Source of the DNA: Trichoplax sp. H2
Lineage: Eukaryota
Assembly: GCA_003344405.1 (NCBI GenBank)
Contig: NOWV01000231.1
Location: 62,001 to 102,602, forward strand
Length of the DNA stretch: 40,602 nt
Direction: 5' to 3'
Shown here: positions 24,412 through 35,304 of the stretch, one piece after another
Layout: every line of letters begins with the position of its first letter
Numbering within the stretch: the stretch's first letter is position 1
Notes under the pieces: generated by a model
Told to the model about the DNA's origin: nothing
The model's input: only the letters and a program-made list of their open reading frames with translations
Database searches by the model: none
Made by a program: the position numbers and the translations under genes

Positions 24412-26315
24412 ATGGCCTACGTTCAGCTTGCAGCATTGGATACCTGCATAACCTCATCTGAAGATAATGAATGTGACTGGATGACTAATAAGATTGGAGG
24501 AAGACCGGTATTGATTTGATTTTATATCTATCTTATTTTATATATGAATTTTATCTACATGAAATGTTGAGATCAATGTCGAGTTAAATACTGATATCAT
24601 ACAGTTTCTATCTTCGCAATGCATTCATAAAATAAGTTGTCGTAATGATTAGTACTTCTGTATAGAACTAGATGGAGTTCTGAAACGAATGTCTTAAAGA
24701 ATTTATTATATTATCTTTATTAAGTATAGAATAGCAAGTATCATTAATTTTAGCCCCTTCAAGGGGGTACAGCTGCGAATAGACTCTTTCAATCATAATG
24801 ATAGTTGTGCATTTGCATTTTTTACGAGTATATGCATTCTCTATAAAATTTTCTATGATCTGAAGAGAATACCAAGGATAATAATTATCTAATTGAAATT
24901 ATCGTATTTTTTTATACGCACAAATTTTTTTAACTTTCGATATATAGAACTGGATGCATAATTCAAATCATCCTTCTTGCAAGTTGTGCAATAAAACGCA
25001 AATGCTTATGGTTCAAATTTATTGCCCTCTTACTGGTTCCTCATATCACAGGACGTTATATCTATTTTCTTGTATTAATAAGGATTGCTGGAATAAATCA
25101 GACAGGCAAATATTGCAATGTACACTAATGTCATACGTTATGATAAGAATATTCACCAATTTTTCTAATGTTAATTACGTAAATCATATGAATTATTATA
25201 GTTGGTCTATAATAAGATCACAAGTAGTGGAGATCAAACAAGATGTAGCAAAGACGAAAATCGAAAATTCCAGCAATATTTGGAGTTGTTCTGGTGATGA
25301 TGATTGGAATGACGGGTAAAAGCTTAAGATGAGTGTACAAATAAACGTATAATACAGACACAATATGCCTTCAGTATGATTTAACTTTTTGAAATTAAAT
25401 TTCTAAACAGAAATGAAGGAGAACGTGAAAAAAATAATCTAGACATAGAAGCTGTGTTACGAGAAGATAATAAAGTAGATATGGAGACTGTTATAGAATC
25501 AGCAAATCAAGTATCTATTCATCATCAAAGAAATACGATAGCTGATGTTCCATTCATAACTCCGGTCATTCTTGTGGTATTTGATGAACCGAATATTAGC
25601 CAAAAATCTTTCAAATATGAGCAAAAGTTACTACAGGCTTATGAACAGCAGCATGGTTAGTTTATCACCAAATGTACCATATCTTCTTCACGGACGGATT
25701 TTCATAAACTCTAACCATTTTCTGTTGTTATTCTATTGTACATTGCTCGCTTTTTAGTAATTGGGATGCCCAGATATGTCATACTTCTCATTTCATGTTA
25801 TTAGGAGCCGTAACTGAACAGATTACTGATGATGAAGTTAAGATGGAGTTGTATGAGAAAACGTCCGCTAAACATGGCAATCGAACTTTTGAAAAATTTA
25901 TGAAGAGATTACAACGATATCCTAAGCAAGTTCTGAGGTAACAAATTAAGAAGTAAGCTGCTAACCGTAAAAGAATGAGTGTGCAGTATCGCGTTTAAAT
26001 TTTAGATATATCTATTCGCTTTTATTATTTAGATACAATCGTGGTGGATCTCCCTTATTGATGACAGCAACCGAAACAGATATTATTGCTGTGCCTGATT
26101 GTCCAAGGTGTAGCTCTAAGAGAGTATTTGAATTTCAGCTGATGCCAACTCTTATATATGAACTGAAAGAAATTAGTCCCTCATCATCCGTACCGGAGTT
26201 CGGTACTGTATTTGTCTATACATGTGACAACAGCTGTTGGAACGATGATAACCAACCTTACGAGGAATTTGTTTACCTGCAATCTGATCCACAGGAGAAA
26301 AATTTACCTTATTAA
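24412..26315 (+). CDS. PDCD2L: Programmed cell death 2-like protein (uS5 chaperone family, no MYND finger seen)
   Basis: Exons 24412-24507, 24948-25105 (probable GC donor), 25202-25315, 25411-25655, 25805-25937, 26033-26315. Motifs NKIGGRPNW, CKLC, LMVQIYCPL, YHRTLYLFSC, YEKT..KHGNRTFEKFMKR, PKQVLRY, CPRCSSKRVFEFQLMPTL and EFGTVFVYTC..SCW. Confidence 0.92.
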
Positions 26316-26700
26316 ATCTACATTGTCGCCATTTTTATGATAAAACAAAACCGATTTTATTATATCGTTTACTTAAACTAATGTGAACTATTAATTACAT
26401 ATTTATAAATGCTCTTCCTCCTGGCTAAATAATGCAGGATTCAAAATTTGTAATATATAGGAGTTTGTAAAACCTCTCATAATTACTTAATAAAATTAAA
26501 ATTTATTCAATATTACAGTTTGCCCAAAATTTAATTTATAAATTATGGAACGTAATATGCACGTTGATATTAGATTTGATCAGGATTTACTTTTTTCTAT
26601 AATAAAAGTATTTAATACGGACAACTGAATGCAGTTATTCATTTAAATACAGTTTCTTTAACTCAATCTTATGTATGGAGACATTCCGATTACGAAATAA

Positions 26701-29700
26701 TTATTTCCTATTCGAGGATTTCCCTCGTTTGGAAGTATTCTTTGTTGAGCTTTGTTGTTTTGCCTTAGAAGCAGCTTTCTTTGATTTAATCATAGGATCA
26801 GATTCAATTTTAGTTTCTTCCTCTGTATTCTCGGTTTCTGCACTTTCTTCAGTTTCTTCATCTACTCCTTCATCGCTTACACGCTTAACTTTGCTCTGAC
26901 TAGCGTAAGGCATTAGATGAGGCATTTTATTATATGCTCTGGAGAATGCAGATTTAACCTATTGTAAATAAAAAAGATAGCTATTGAATCCTGGGAAAGC
27001 TTGCGATTAGCTTTCAGATCGATTAAGACCGATAAAATTTTGTAACAAATATTTACAGAATGTACTTAATGATACGAAGCATACCTTGCTACTTAATTTC
27101 GTAGTAGGATCCAGCCGGCCCGGATATAGCCCTATATCCATAATGTTGGACCAATCATCTCGAGTTAGAAAGTAAGCGTCCATGACGTCGATGACGTCGG
27201 TTACTCCTTCACTTTCCTATAATAAAACGTTCAATTTTTAAAGTTAAAATGGGTGAAGATCTAAAGGGGAGTAATAAATAATCTAACCCTTTCAGTTAAA
27301 GGCCCAGATAGCAAGTAGCGTAATTGGGGGACATATTCCATACCCAGTTGAATATGATTAGCTGAACTCCTACGTGCCAAAAAATTCATCGTGTAAGAAT
27401 TGTTTAGTCAAAAATTTATATTAATGAAGTAGTAGCGACGTTGTTTTCAAAAACTGTACCTTATCCTCATATGAAGTGCCAATTCCTGTAAAATTCGATC
27501 ATACTTCCCTTGTCTAGAATTCTTGCCAAGCCACGATGGAAAGTCTATCCGACTGCCAAAATAACCTTGCATTGCTGCACCAGGTATAACACTTCCGAAT
27601 GCTGCTAGTGTTGGTAATAGTCCCCATCGATTGGTTGAGTACAGTATTTTATTTACAAGATCTCCACAGGAAATTGAGTCAGCAGCTTCACTTAGTTGAT
27701 CCAACGTTTTTTGTAGATCACCGCTAATATAACATCAACACATTATCAATACGTAAATCAAAATATGATGGATTAACGAAAACTAAGACGTTAACTTTCC
27801 GTTAATAATCACGCTATGTACTTACTTGGATTTAACAGGGACGACGCGTGGATAATTCTCTTGTACAAATAAAGGCATTAAGGAATAATCGGTAAAAAAC
27901 AGCTCAGCTTTATCGTTATACGTCATTTTGGATGCTTCAGAGCTTGCATCAAATACTTTACGAATAGCTTCAAATGGACCCTGGATAGTGGAAAAGGGGT
28001 TTTTTCATATAATTGTACGTCATTACGGAGGATGAAAATGTATATTTCTATACGGTATCTTACCAGTTTGATATTCTTCGTTTGTATTACTGCTTTGCTA
28101 CTTTTACCCGAGGAATTAGCACACCACATATTAAGATTATGAATACTTTGACGAATATCTTGATTTGTTGCTGTCACAATTTGTTGAGCAATTTGTGGAG
28201 TGATTTTTACTCCTTCTTTAAATGCTATAGACATTAATGTACTACATATTTGTTCACTTCTAGGACGTTGAAATCTAAGGTCGAAGCAGTAGTTGGCTAG
28301 AGATCGAATCTTTGGATGATTTCTATCATTACACATACAGATAATGGGTATCTTCGTCTTTTTGATGATTGATATTAATTCTTGCATTCCGCCTCTATCA
28401 TCATTTCCGGACATCCCGTCAACTTCATCCATAACTAAAGCTAACCTTTTGCTTTTGTTGTTATTCATTGCAGTGAAACCAGCGATAGATTTATTATTAA
28501 AAATTTCAGAGATTACAGCTTCTAGACCTTTTTTCCCTCTCGCATCGCTCGCATTTAGCTCTACAACGTCGTAATTGCATTCACGGCAAACTAATAGAGC
28601 ACTAGTGGTTTTTCCTATGCCAGGGGGACCGGATAGTAAGGCAGCTTTGAACGTAAATCCCATCTCACGACTTAAAGCGTGCTTATTTGTTGCTGTACTA
28701 TTATTTTCGTGCCATTTCTTCAACCATAACAGAAGTTTATTAACGCAACTTTTTGCACCTTGTTGGCCAACAATCGCTTTTATACTTGAAGGTTTATATT
28801 TATCAACCCACATCTCGGTCACCGAGTTTGAAGACTTTTTAGATGCTGATTGTGTATTAAGATTTTCTGGCTTGATATTTGCTATCGAAGAAGAGCTGCT
28901 TTCAAAAGTATTTTCAGTCACATTTTTCTTCGTAGGTGTTATATTTGCAGTGGGCTTGCTATCTATGTTTTTGTCATCTCCGATACTAGTCTTCGGTGTG
29001 TTAACCTTTACAGGCGTCTTATTGACCGTTGTTTTCTTTTTGTCTGTTTTACTTGTTACTAATGGCTTGGCAGGCATAGTAGAAATGAGATCATAAAAAT
29101 TATTTTCATCTAACTGTTTTGTACTAAAGTTTTTCGCTTTTTCCAATTTGGTTAATCCAGGGTCCCGTCCAACAACTAAGTAATTTGTTTTTTTACTAAT
29201 TGAGCCGGACACATTGACTTTACCACCAAGGCTTTGAATTAGTTCTATAGCGGTCTCTCTTTCAATGGTATCTAGAACACCAGTGATAACAAATACCAAT
29301 CCTGAGAGACAGTTTTCTTGACCCTAATATTAAATTTATGAATAAAAATTTAAAGTTAGCAGCACTTCTTTCCATTACTAAGTAATATAAAATGAATTTT
29401 AAAGAAACGGTGAACAGACCTTTGGAATTTCTCTAGATCCAAGAGCCCGAGGTCCATCACGTGCAACAAAGTCACGATAAGCGGCTTTATTACCTAAATT
29501 TTTGGCACTAATGTTGGTTGCCTCAGGATCTGGTTTTTGACTAGTTTCGATTTTGGAACTGTTGGCATCTGGCTGATTTTTACGGGGTGTGCTTTGTGAT
29601 GTTTCTAGTGACAATTAGCATAGGATACTTTTATTGACATTTATTCCTATTAAGTTACACTAAACTATTTTAATATAGATTACCATTATTTAGTTTGCTT

Positions 29701-32700
29701 ACTTTCCGTTTTGACAGGAGTTTGAACTTTAGATAATTTATTAGATTTTTCTTTCGATGTACTTTGTGATATTTCTAGTGATAATATATCATACTTACTG
29801 ATATTCATTCCTATCAACTTACACTAAATCGTTTTAAAATAGATAACCATTATTTCGTCTGCTTACTTTCCGTTTTGGTAGGTGTTTGAACTTTAGATAA
29901 TTTATTAGATTTTTCTTTCGGTGGATCTATATCAACCGTTGAGATCTGGGCCTACAAAGGTATACAGTAATATAAAATAAATGGTAAACAAGAACAAAAA
30001 TTTCGTGCTAACACAATATATACATATATATATATAACATAACTTTTAAAAACTTAAAATTACCTTTTCAGAAGGGGGTTCATCAAAGTCGTCATCGAAA
30101 TATGTCTTCCGCTAAAGATAGTAAAAGAAAACCATCAGTACTTGCTTAAAGTGAAACTTTATACTAGATATTAGATTAGCAAAAGAAATCTTACCTTTCT
30201 GCTTGCTTGATCACTATTTTTTGGTTGAGGGAGTTGTCCATCCTAGATAAGATGAAAATTTAACAGAATTTAATTAGCATACAACATATATCAAAATTGA
30301 ACAATACATGTGCAATAACGTTTGCTTTATTGAATATGAATTTAATATGTATTTGATAAGTGGCGCATACGATGCAGGTCATGCCAAATTTTTAACTAAC
30401 TTTTTTTTTCTCTACGCAAACTGATCTATCTGTTTGTTGCACAGGTTTACTTCCAAAGAAATCTTGGACGTCAACATCTTTAACGTGCCGCGATTTGTCC
30501 TGGTTAGCCGACTTTGATGATTTACTACTGCTAACTTTGGGCACTTTCTTCTTGACTTCATCAGCTGAATCTTAAATAATAGTTGCAAGCATATAGGGTT
30601 AATCATAAAGTCAAATTAACATTGAATAATGCTTTACTACATACATAACGTAATAAGTATACAAAATAAGGTAATAAATTGGATACCTGAATCAGATAGT
30701 ATACTAGTAGTAGCGGTGCATTTCTTGCCAGATCTTGGTGCTCTTCTACAATAGCGGTTATTGGTATAGTTGTTTTGTAAAATAATCCACAAAAAATTTC
30801 AAATTTTTAGTTTTCCATACGTTTGGTTTTATATATATCTATCTACCAATTAGTTATGATTAATCGTTTAATTGCTACAGCATATTAATGCAATATCAGA
30901 AATCAACATTACAAATAATGGCAGTAGAACTAGCACACCTTTCAGTACGTCACAATAATATCCTGCTCATAGACTATCAATTTTAGAGTGAAATGTACAA
31001 TTGTTCTTTTTGAAAATATCGCAAAAATAAATTTTCATACCTAAATCTAGGGTTATCCACAAAGTCGTCATCGTCGTCTAATTGGCAATGAAATTGGGAT
31101 TTAGTAATAGTGCAGTGCAAATACTGTAAGTTTCTATATCTATAGTATCGTGTTATAGCAACCAATCTTAGAATAATAATATATCTACACATTAAATCAT
31201 CATCCTACTATGATGTCCTAGGTTTATATACAGTATGTGGGCTTTTATAGACTAAGAAATTATAATTTATATATAATTTACCGTCATTTTTGTTTTTTTT
31301 TAAGGCATCTTTTTCCCCTTGTTTATTTTTCTAATAATATAATAATATATTTAACATACTTATAAAATACTTATAAATTAATAATATCCTAGCTTTACTA
31401 CTACTATATATGCCAATAGTGAATATTATTAAATCATAAAAATCGTAAACGGCCGATATCAACTACAGGTACAGCGCTAATATGATGCAATTGATCGAAA
31501 TATGAGTAGAAACTTGATTTCAGGAAGTAATTATTTATTAATTACTGTAGAGTGCTCTTGCAATTAATTACAATCTTGAATTGGAGGTTGTTTTATAATC
31601 TCGTATTTTGGCATAATTAACATCTATAGTATCTACACAATCGATGCAAGCACAATAGCTATCTGCATAAGCATTCTTGTTACTTATTGCAGGCTAGTGA
31701 AAGATCTAAGAGGTGATTATAATTATTGTTATCGGCGTATTACATTATGATTATATACCTTCTCAGGGGCTTTCGCTTTCTTATGCGTAGATTGTTTTGA
31801 TGTGGAAGCCTTACCACCAAAGTATTTTCTAATATCCTATTATAATAGTATAGATGTGCTCGACATAAATAAATCATTGACTAGTTAGCTTTAGTATAAT
31901 TTGTAATTAAAATTAATGTTATATCGGAAATTGGCAGAGCTATAGCAGAGTGAGATTATCCTGATATACGCGTATACAACGTATGTAGTTGATATAATGT
32001 GTTACCGTATAATCATTTTTTACGATACATTAGTAGATACAATATTGTGTAGAAATGGTTGCTCCACCAGTGGGTGAATAATAGAATGATGAGCAAGTTG
32101 ATTGTTTGTATCTACCTTTCAATGATGTATTTGTTTACGGTCATGCTCGTAAAATGATATTTATCAGCAATCGGAATTGAAATCTAAGATGACTGTAAGG
32201 AATTGATAATATAGATTTAATGAGTAAATTGCTTTATCTTAGCTTTCAATGAAGTAGTTGTTTATGATCATGCCTTTAAAAGTGTATTTATCATCAATCG
32301 GATTTGAAATCTACGATGGTCGCAAGGAACCGATAATGTCGATTTGGCCCTTTTGATCAGAGTTATAAAAGATATTTGATAATAAATTATAGGCAAAAAA
32401 GTACCACTATTGCATGTATCTTGATTGATATACATTGCAACTATATCACAGCAAACTAACGTATACTGTACATATATAGCATGTGTTTTTACTGTTGGAA
32501 AGCAATTTTCCGTTATGATTGATTGATATTTAACTACAGTACATGAAAAAATGATACTGTAGGAGGTAAGCACTGAGCTATCACTCTACCAGGATTGGGC
32601 CTTGAATAGGCACCGAATAAAAATAAATTTAATCGACAACAGAAGTAGAATTACTGTCACTTTACAGATGTTTGGGAATCCTTTGTCATCAGATTGATCC

Positions 32701-33446
32701 TTTACTACTGTTAAGTTAAACTATTCCGGTCTGATGTCCCAAGTCATCCAGACTGCATGGCAATAGGCATAAAATAACTCCTTCAACGGATCTGTGTTGA
32801 CATGTGGATCTACTGCATTGATTGCAAAGCTACCAAAGCCCGTAACCTTTGTCCATGTATGCGTACTATCAATATTATTAAGCCTTGTCACTCTTGCAAA
32901 AGCAAGTAGGTATTATTCAATATTTTATTGCATCTGATACGCTCAGTTTGAGGTTACTTCTTCTTGACTGAGCTGGTCGGTGTCTATGTGTGATTACTTT
33001 GCTACAAAACACCAACAATCTTTGTCCACGTACTATCCATGTCATTATTCAATTCCTGGACTCTTGCAAAAGCAAATAAGATTAGAAGGTGCTACTCAAT
33101 ATTTTATTGCGTATATCTATACACTCAATTTGAAATTATTTCTTCTTAAGCTGATCGTTGCCTGTTGCTATAGCTACGCAGAGATAGTTAGCTCTGGAAT
33201 GGTCGAGTATAAGCGTCACGACACAAAGTAAAATTGAAGCTGAACTCATCCTGCCATATGCAGCTAGCTGGATACTAGCCAATAGCTAGTGAGTGAATAG
33301 CCAGCCATCATCCCTTAAGCTTACAGTAATTCAAAACATGAACAATCTATGCCTAGCTGGCATTCAGTACATAGACTATTCATTCTATAATTAACGTTCA
33401 ATAACATTAGCCATGATTGAAAATTAAAGCTATCCATTCCTACCAT
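26701..33446 (-). CDS. RFC1: Replication factor C subunit 1 (clamp loader large subunit)
   Basis: Probable ATG-only first coding exon 33446-33444 (GAAAATG|gtagga; less certain). Then 31836-31759 (DIRKYFGG), 31330-31282, 31077-31041, 30745-30687, 30570-30401, 30242-30195, 30111-30064, 29951-29867, 29774-29703, 29604-29420, 29323-28064, 27980-27826, 27723-27460, 27369-27288, 27216-27085, 26958-26701. Contains a BRCT domain (GLVFVITGVL...GGKV), WVDKYKP, Walker A GPPGIGKT, Walker B MDEVDG and the RFC1 C-terminal FPSWLGKNS. Confidence 0.96.
29592..29921. repeat. Intragenic tandem duplication (about 170/164 bp) spanning an RFC1 intron and flanking exon parts
   Basis: CTTTGTGAT(G/A)TTTCTAGTGA at 29592 and 29762. 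GTTTGAACTTTAGATAATTTATTAGATTTTTCTTTCG is identical in both copies. Confidence 0.92.
32075..32340. repeat. Diverged tandem duplication, period about 127 bp, in RFC1 intron 1
   Basis: CTTTCAATGA, TTGTTTA, TCATGC, TATTTATCA(G/T)CAATCGGA(A/T)TTGAAATCTA(A/C)GATG and AAGGAA..GATAAT occur in both copies (AATCGG at 32169 and 32296). Confidence 0.85.
32634..32900 (-). mobile_element. Possible decayed non-LTR retrotransposon (LINE) ORF2 fragment
   Basis: One frame reads RVTRLNN...KVTGFGSFAINAV...DPLKELFYAYCHAVWMTWDIRPE*FNLTVV..DDKGFPNICKVTVILLLS. By eye this resembles the LKNNKAPG...LFxxxWxxxxxPxxW...KKGD...NYRGISLLS segment that precedes LINE RT domains. Confidence 0.3.
32891..33158. repeat. Diverged direct repeat, offset 170 bp
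   Basis: CTCTTGCAAAAGCAA at 32891 and 33061, each followed by TCAATATTTTATTGC, CTCA(G/A)TTTGA and TTCTTCTT. Confidence 0.8.
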
Positions 33447-33600
33447 TTTCACCAGTGGTCTAAAGAAATGTTTTGGCTTGACGTTTGACAAACGATGACT
33501 TGATGTTGATGTGACACAAGGTTGACTCACTGCAGGCTCTGATGAGTTTGTTTGAAGCAGTAGAGGCAAGCGAAGTGAGTGTATTCATTCGTCCATATCG

Positions 33601-33657
33601 GTCATGTGACCTCTGATGACGTAAGCTATGGCGGGCACCGTATCCGGATTTTCATTG
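33601..33657. promoter_or_regulatory. Probable RFC1 proximal promoter: E-box GTCATGTGAC, CRE-like TGACGTAA, inverted CCAAT
   Basis: Motif cluster 155-210 bp 5' of the putative ATG at 33446, in a locally GC-richer stretch. Confidence 0.4.
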
Positions 33658-34548
33658 GTTCTAGCATGGAGTAGCCGCAGTGCATATACAGTACTATACT
33701 GTAGTCCATGGTTCTCCTCGAGTAGTCCTTGCTTCTGTCCATACGGTTGCTTGTAAATTAAATTTTATTTTACAAGTGGACTTTAATCGAATATGGAACC
33801 CTGATGACACTTTGACAGTGATCACTGTCGAGCAAACTGCAAACTATTTAACGTTTGGAAGTTTTATTTGATCTATCAAGTTCGCATGATATTCATTCGG
33901 AACTTGTATCGATTTCTTTCTACAGTGTAGTACGATAGTATTGAAGTATGGCAGCAATGCATGATTTACTAGAACATAGCTTGTCACTTTGTCACTTTGC
34001 AAGGTAGTTGAAAACACTTGAGCTTTCTCTTTACTCGATGCCCACTAGACAAACAGAAACATGAACTTTGTTACTCAAAACTGTCGAGTAAAGTTCCTAA
34101 ACTACGATTGCACAGTCGCCATTTTTGCTCGTATAAAATGCATATAGTTGTGGTTGTCTAGATCGCTTCATAGAACTACAGCTATGAATCGATGATCGTA
34201 TACGCAGCTACCATAATTGGGATCGAACAGTTGGTTTTACTTGTGTAGCATGAATTACTAGACGACTAGATTGATCTCTTGTACGATAGTTCACATACAG
34301 TACATACTGTACTGTAGTTCTCAGTACAGGACAGCAAGTGTTTCTTGTTTACTTATAGACGTACAATGAGTATTCAGTATTTATTATTTCTAAGAGCACG
34401 CATAATTATTTTATACCATGAAACGTCTAGCTTATTTGGACGATGATTAATCATGCATGAACTACGTATGCTTACAGCCATGTGCTAGTGTATAGCTGAA
34501 ACGACCAGTAAACTAGTAGCACCGGATGTTTTAACATACTAAAAGGAT

Positions 34549-34798
34549 CATTCGTGCTCCCTTCCTCTTGACTGTTTCCTTAGTCATTCCTCATTAGACA
34601 TCAACGATATAATAAACGTACCTATTTTACAAGCAACTGTACAGTACTGTGTGGACATCTTGCCTAATCGATTTAGCATTCGTGCTCCCTTCCTCTTGAC
34701 TGTTTCCTTAGTCATTCCTCATTAGACATCAACAATATAATCAACGTACCTATTTTACAAGCAACTGTACAGTACGACATCTTGCCTAATCGATTTAG
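34549..34798. repeat. Near-identical tandem duplication (128 bp + 122 bp) in the RFC1-GCLC intergenic region
   Basis: CATTCGTGCTCC...CCTAATCGATTTAG at 34549-34676 and 34677-34798. The copies differ by 2 substitutions and one 6-nt indel (TGTGTG). Confidence 0.95.
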
Positions 34799-34931
34799 TA
34801 ATGATAGATCTGTACGATGGAGAAGCCCATCGATCAAAGTGGCACCCTACTGCGGCTTATTCACCACTCCACCATAATTTTGCTAGACTGCAATGGCTCG
34901 CTTTCTTCTTTGCGCTTGTTGTCATGTCACG

Positions 34932-34942
34932 ATGACTAGGCA
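34932..34942 (+). promoter_or_regulatory. Antioxidant response element (ARE) match ATGACTAGGCA upstream of GCLC
   Basis: Exact fit to RTGACnnnGCA about 365 bp before the ATG. A variant TGATTTAGCA is at 34988-34997 and a GC-box-like GCGCCGCCGCCC is at about 35109-35120. Confidence 0.45.
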
Positions 34943-35304
34943 ACTTGTACTGTGAGTATGGTAGCGCGCTGGCCATCCGCTGTCCATTGATTTAGCACTT
35001 CCTCCTTAGGCACGTCTCAAGCAGAGGATAGTCCAACCCTTGAGACTACAGTGTACAGTACCCTGTACTGTAGCTCCAGCTACTGTGCACTGTGTCGACG
35101 ATACCCCTGCGCCGCCGCCCGGTAACTGAGTGGCTATAGTACGTATAGTACAGTATAGTAGGGTATATATAGAAAGCAATCGGCGCTTGTAGCGACAGAA
35201 GTACTAGTGGACTGAACTAGTCTAGAGCTCGCTTGAAGTTCATCTTTGCAATCTTTCCAACGCCACATCCACCTTGCAAAGTTTGCAGATTTATATTCCA
35301 AGAT

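Noticed and set aside
24412..26315. Calling this gene PDCD2
   Set aside because: No MYND zinc finger between the N- and C-terminal parts, and the C-terminal motifs fit PDCD2L.
26675..26899. Plus-strand 74-aa ORF
   Set aside because: Antisense to the last RFC1 exon.
28013..29096. Plus-strand ORFs 28013-28237, 28344-28574, 28575-29096 and 28850-29062
   Set aside because: Antisense shadows of the large RFC1 exon.
14704..33446. Conserved synteny with the human WDR19-RFC1 pair
   Set aside because: The IFT-A gene here is WDR35 ([13 protein letters not shown] start), not WDR19, so the resemblance is probably coincidental.
33750..34093. Short inverted repeats (AT-rich palindrome at about 33750-33776; CTTTACTCGA/TCGAGTAAAG at about 34029 and 34084)
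   Set aside because: Too short or too AT-rich to exceed chance, with no target-site duplication or second copy.
35233..35304. N-terminal extension of GCLC from a TTG start
   Set aside because: The conserved GCLC start MGLLS begins at ATG 35305, so the upstream frame is most simply 5' UTR.
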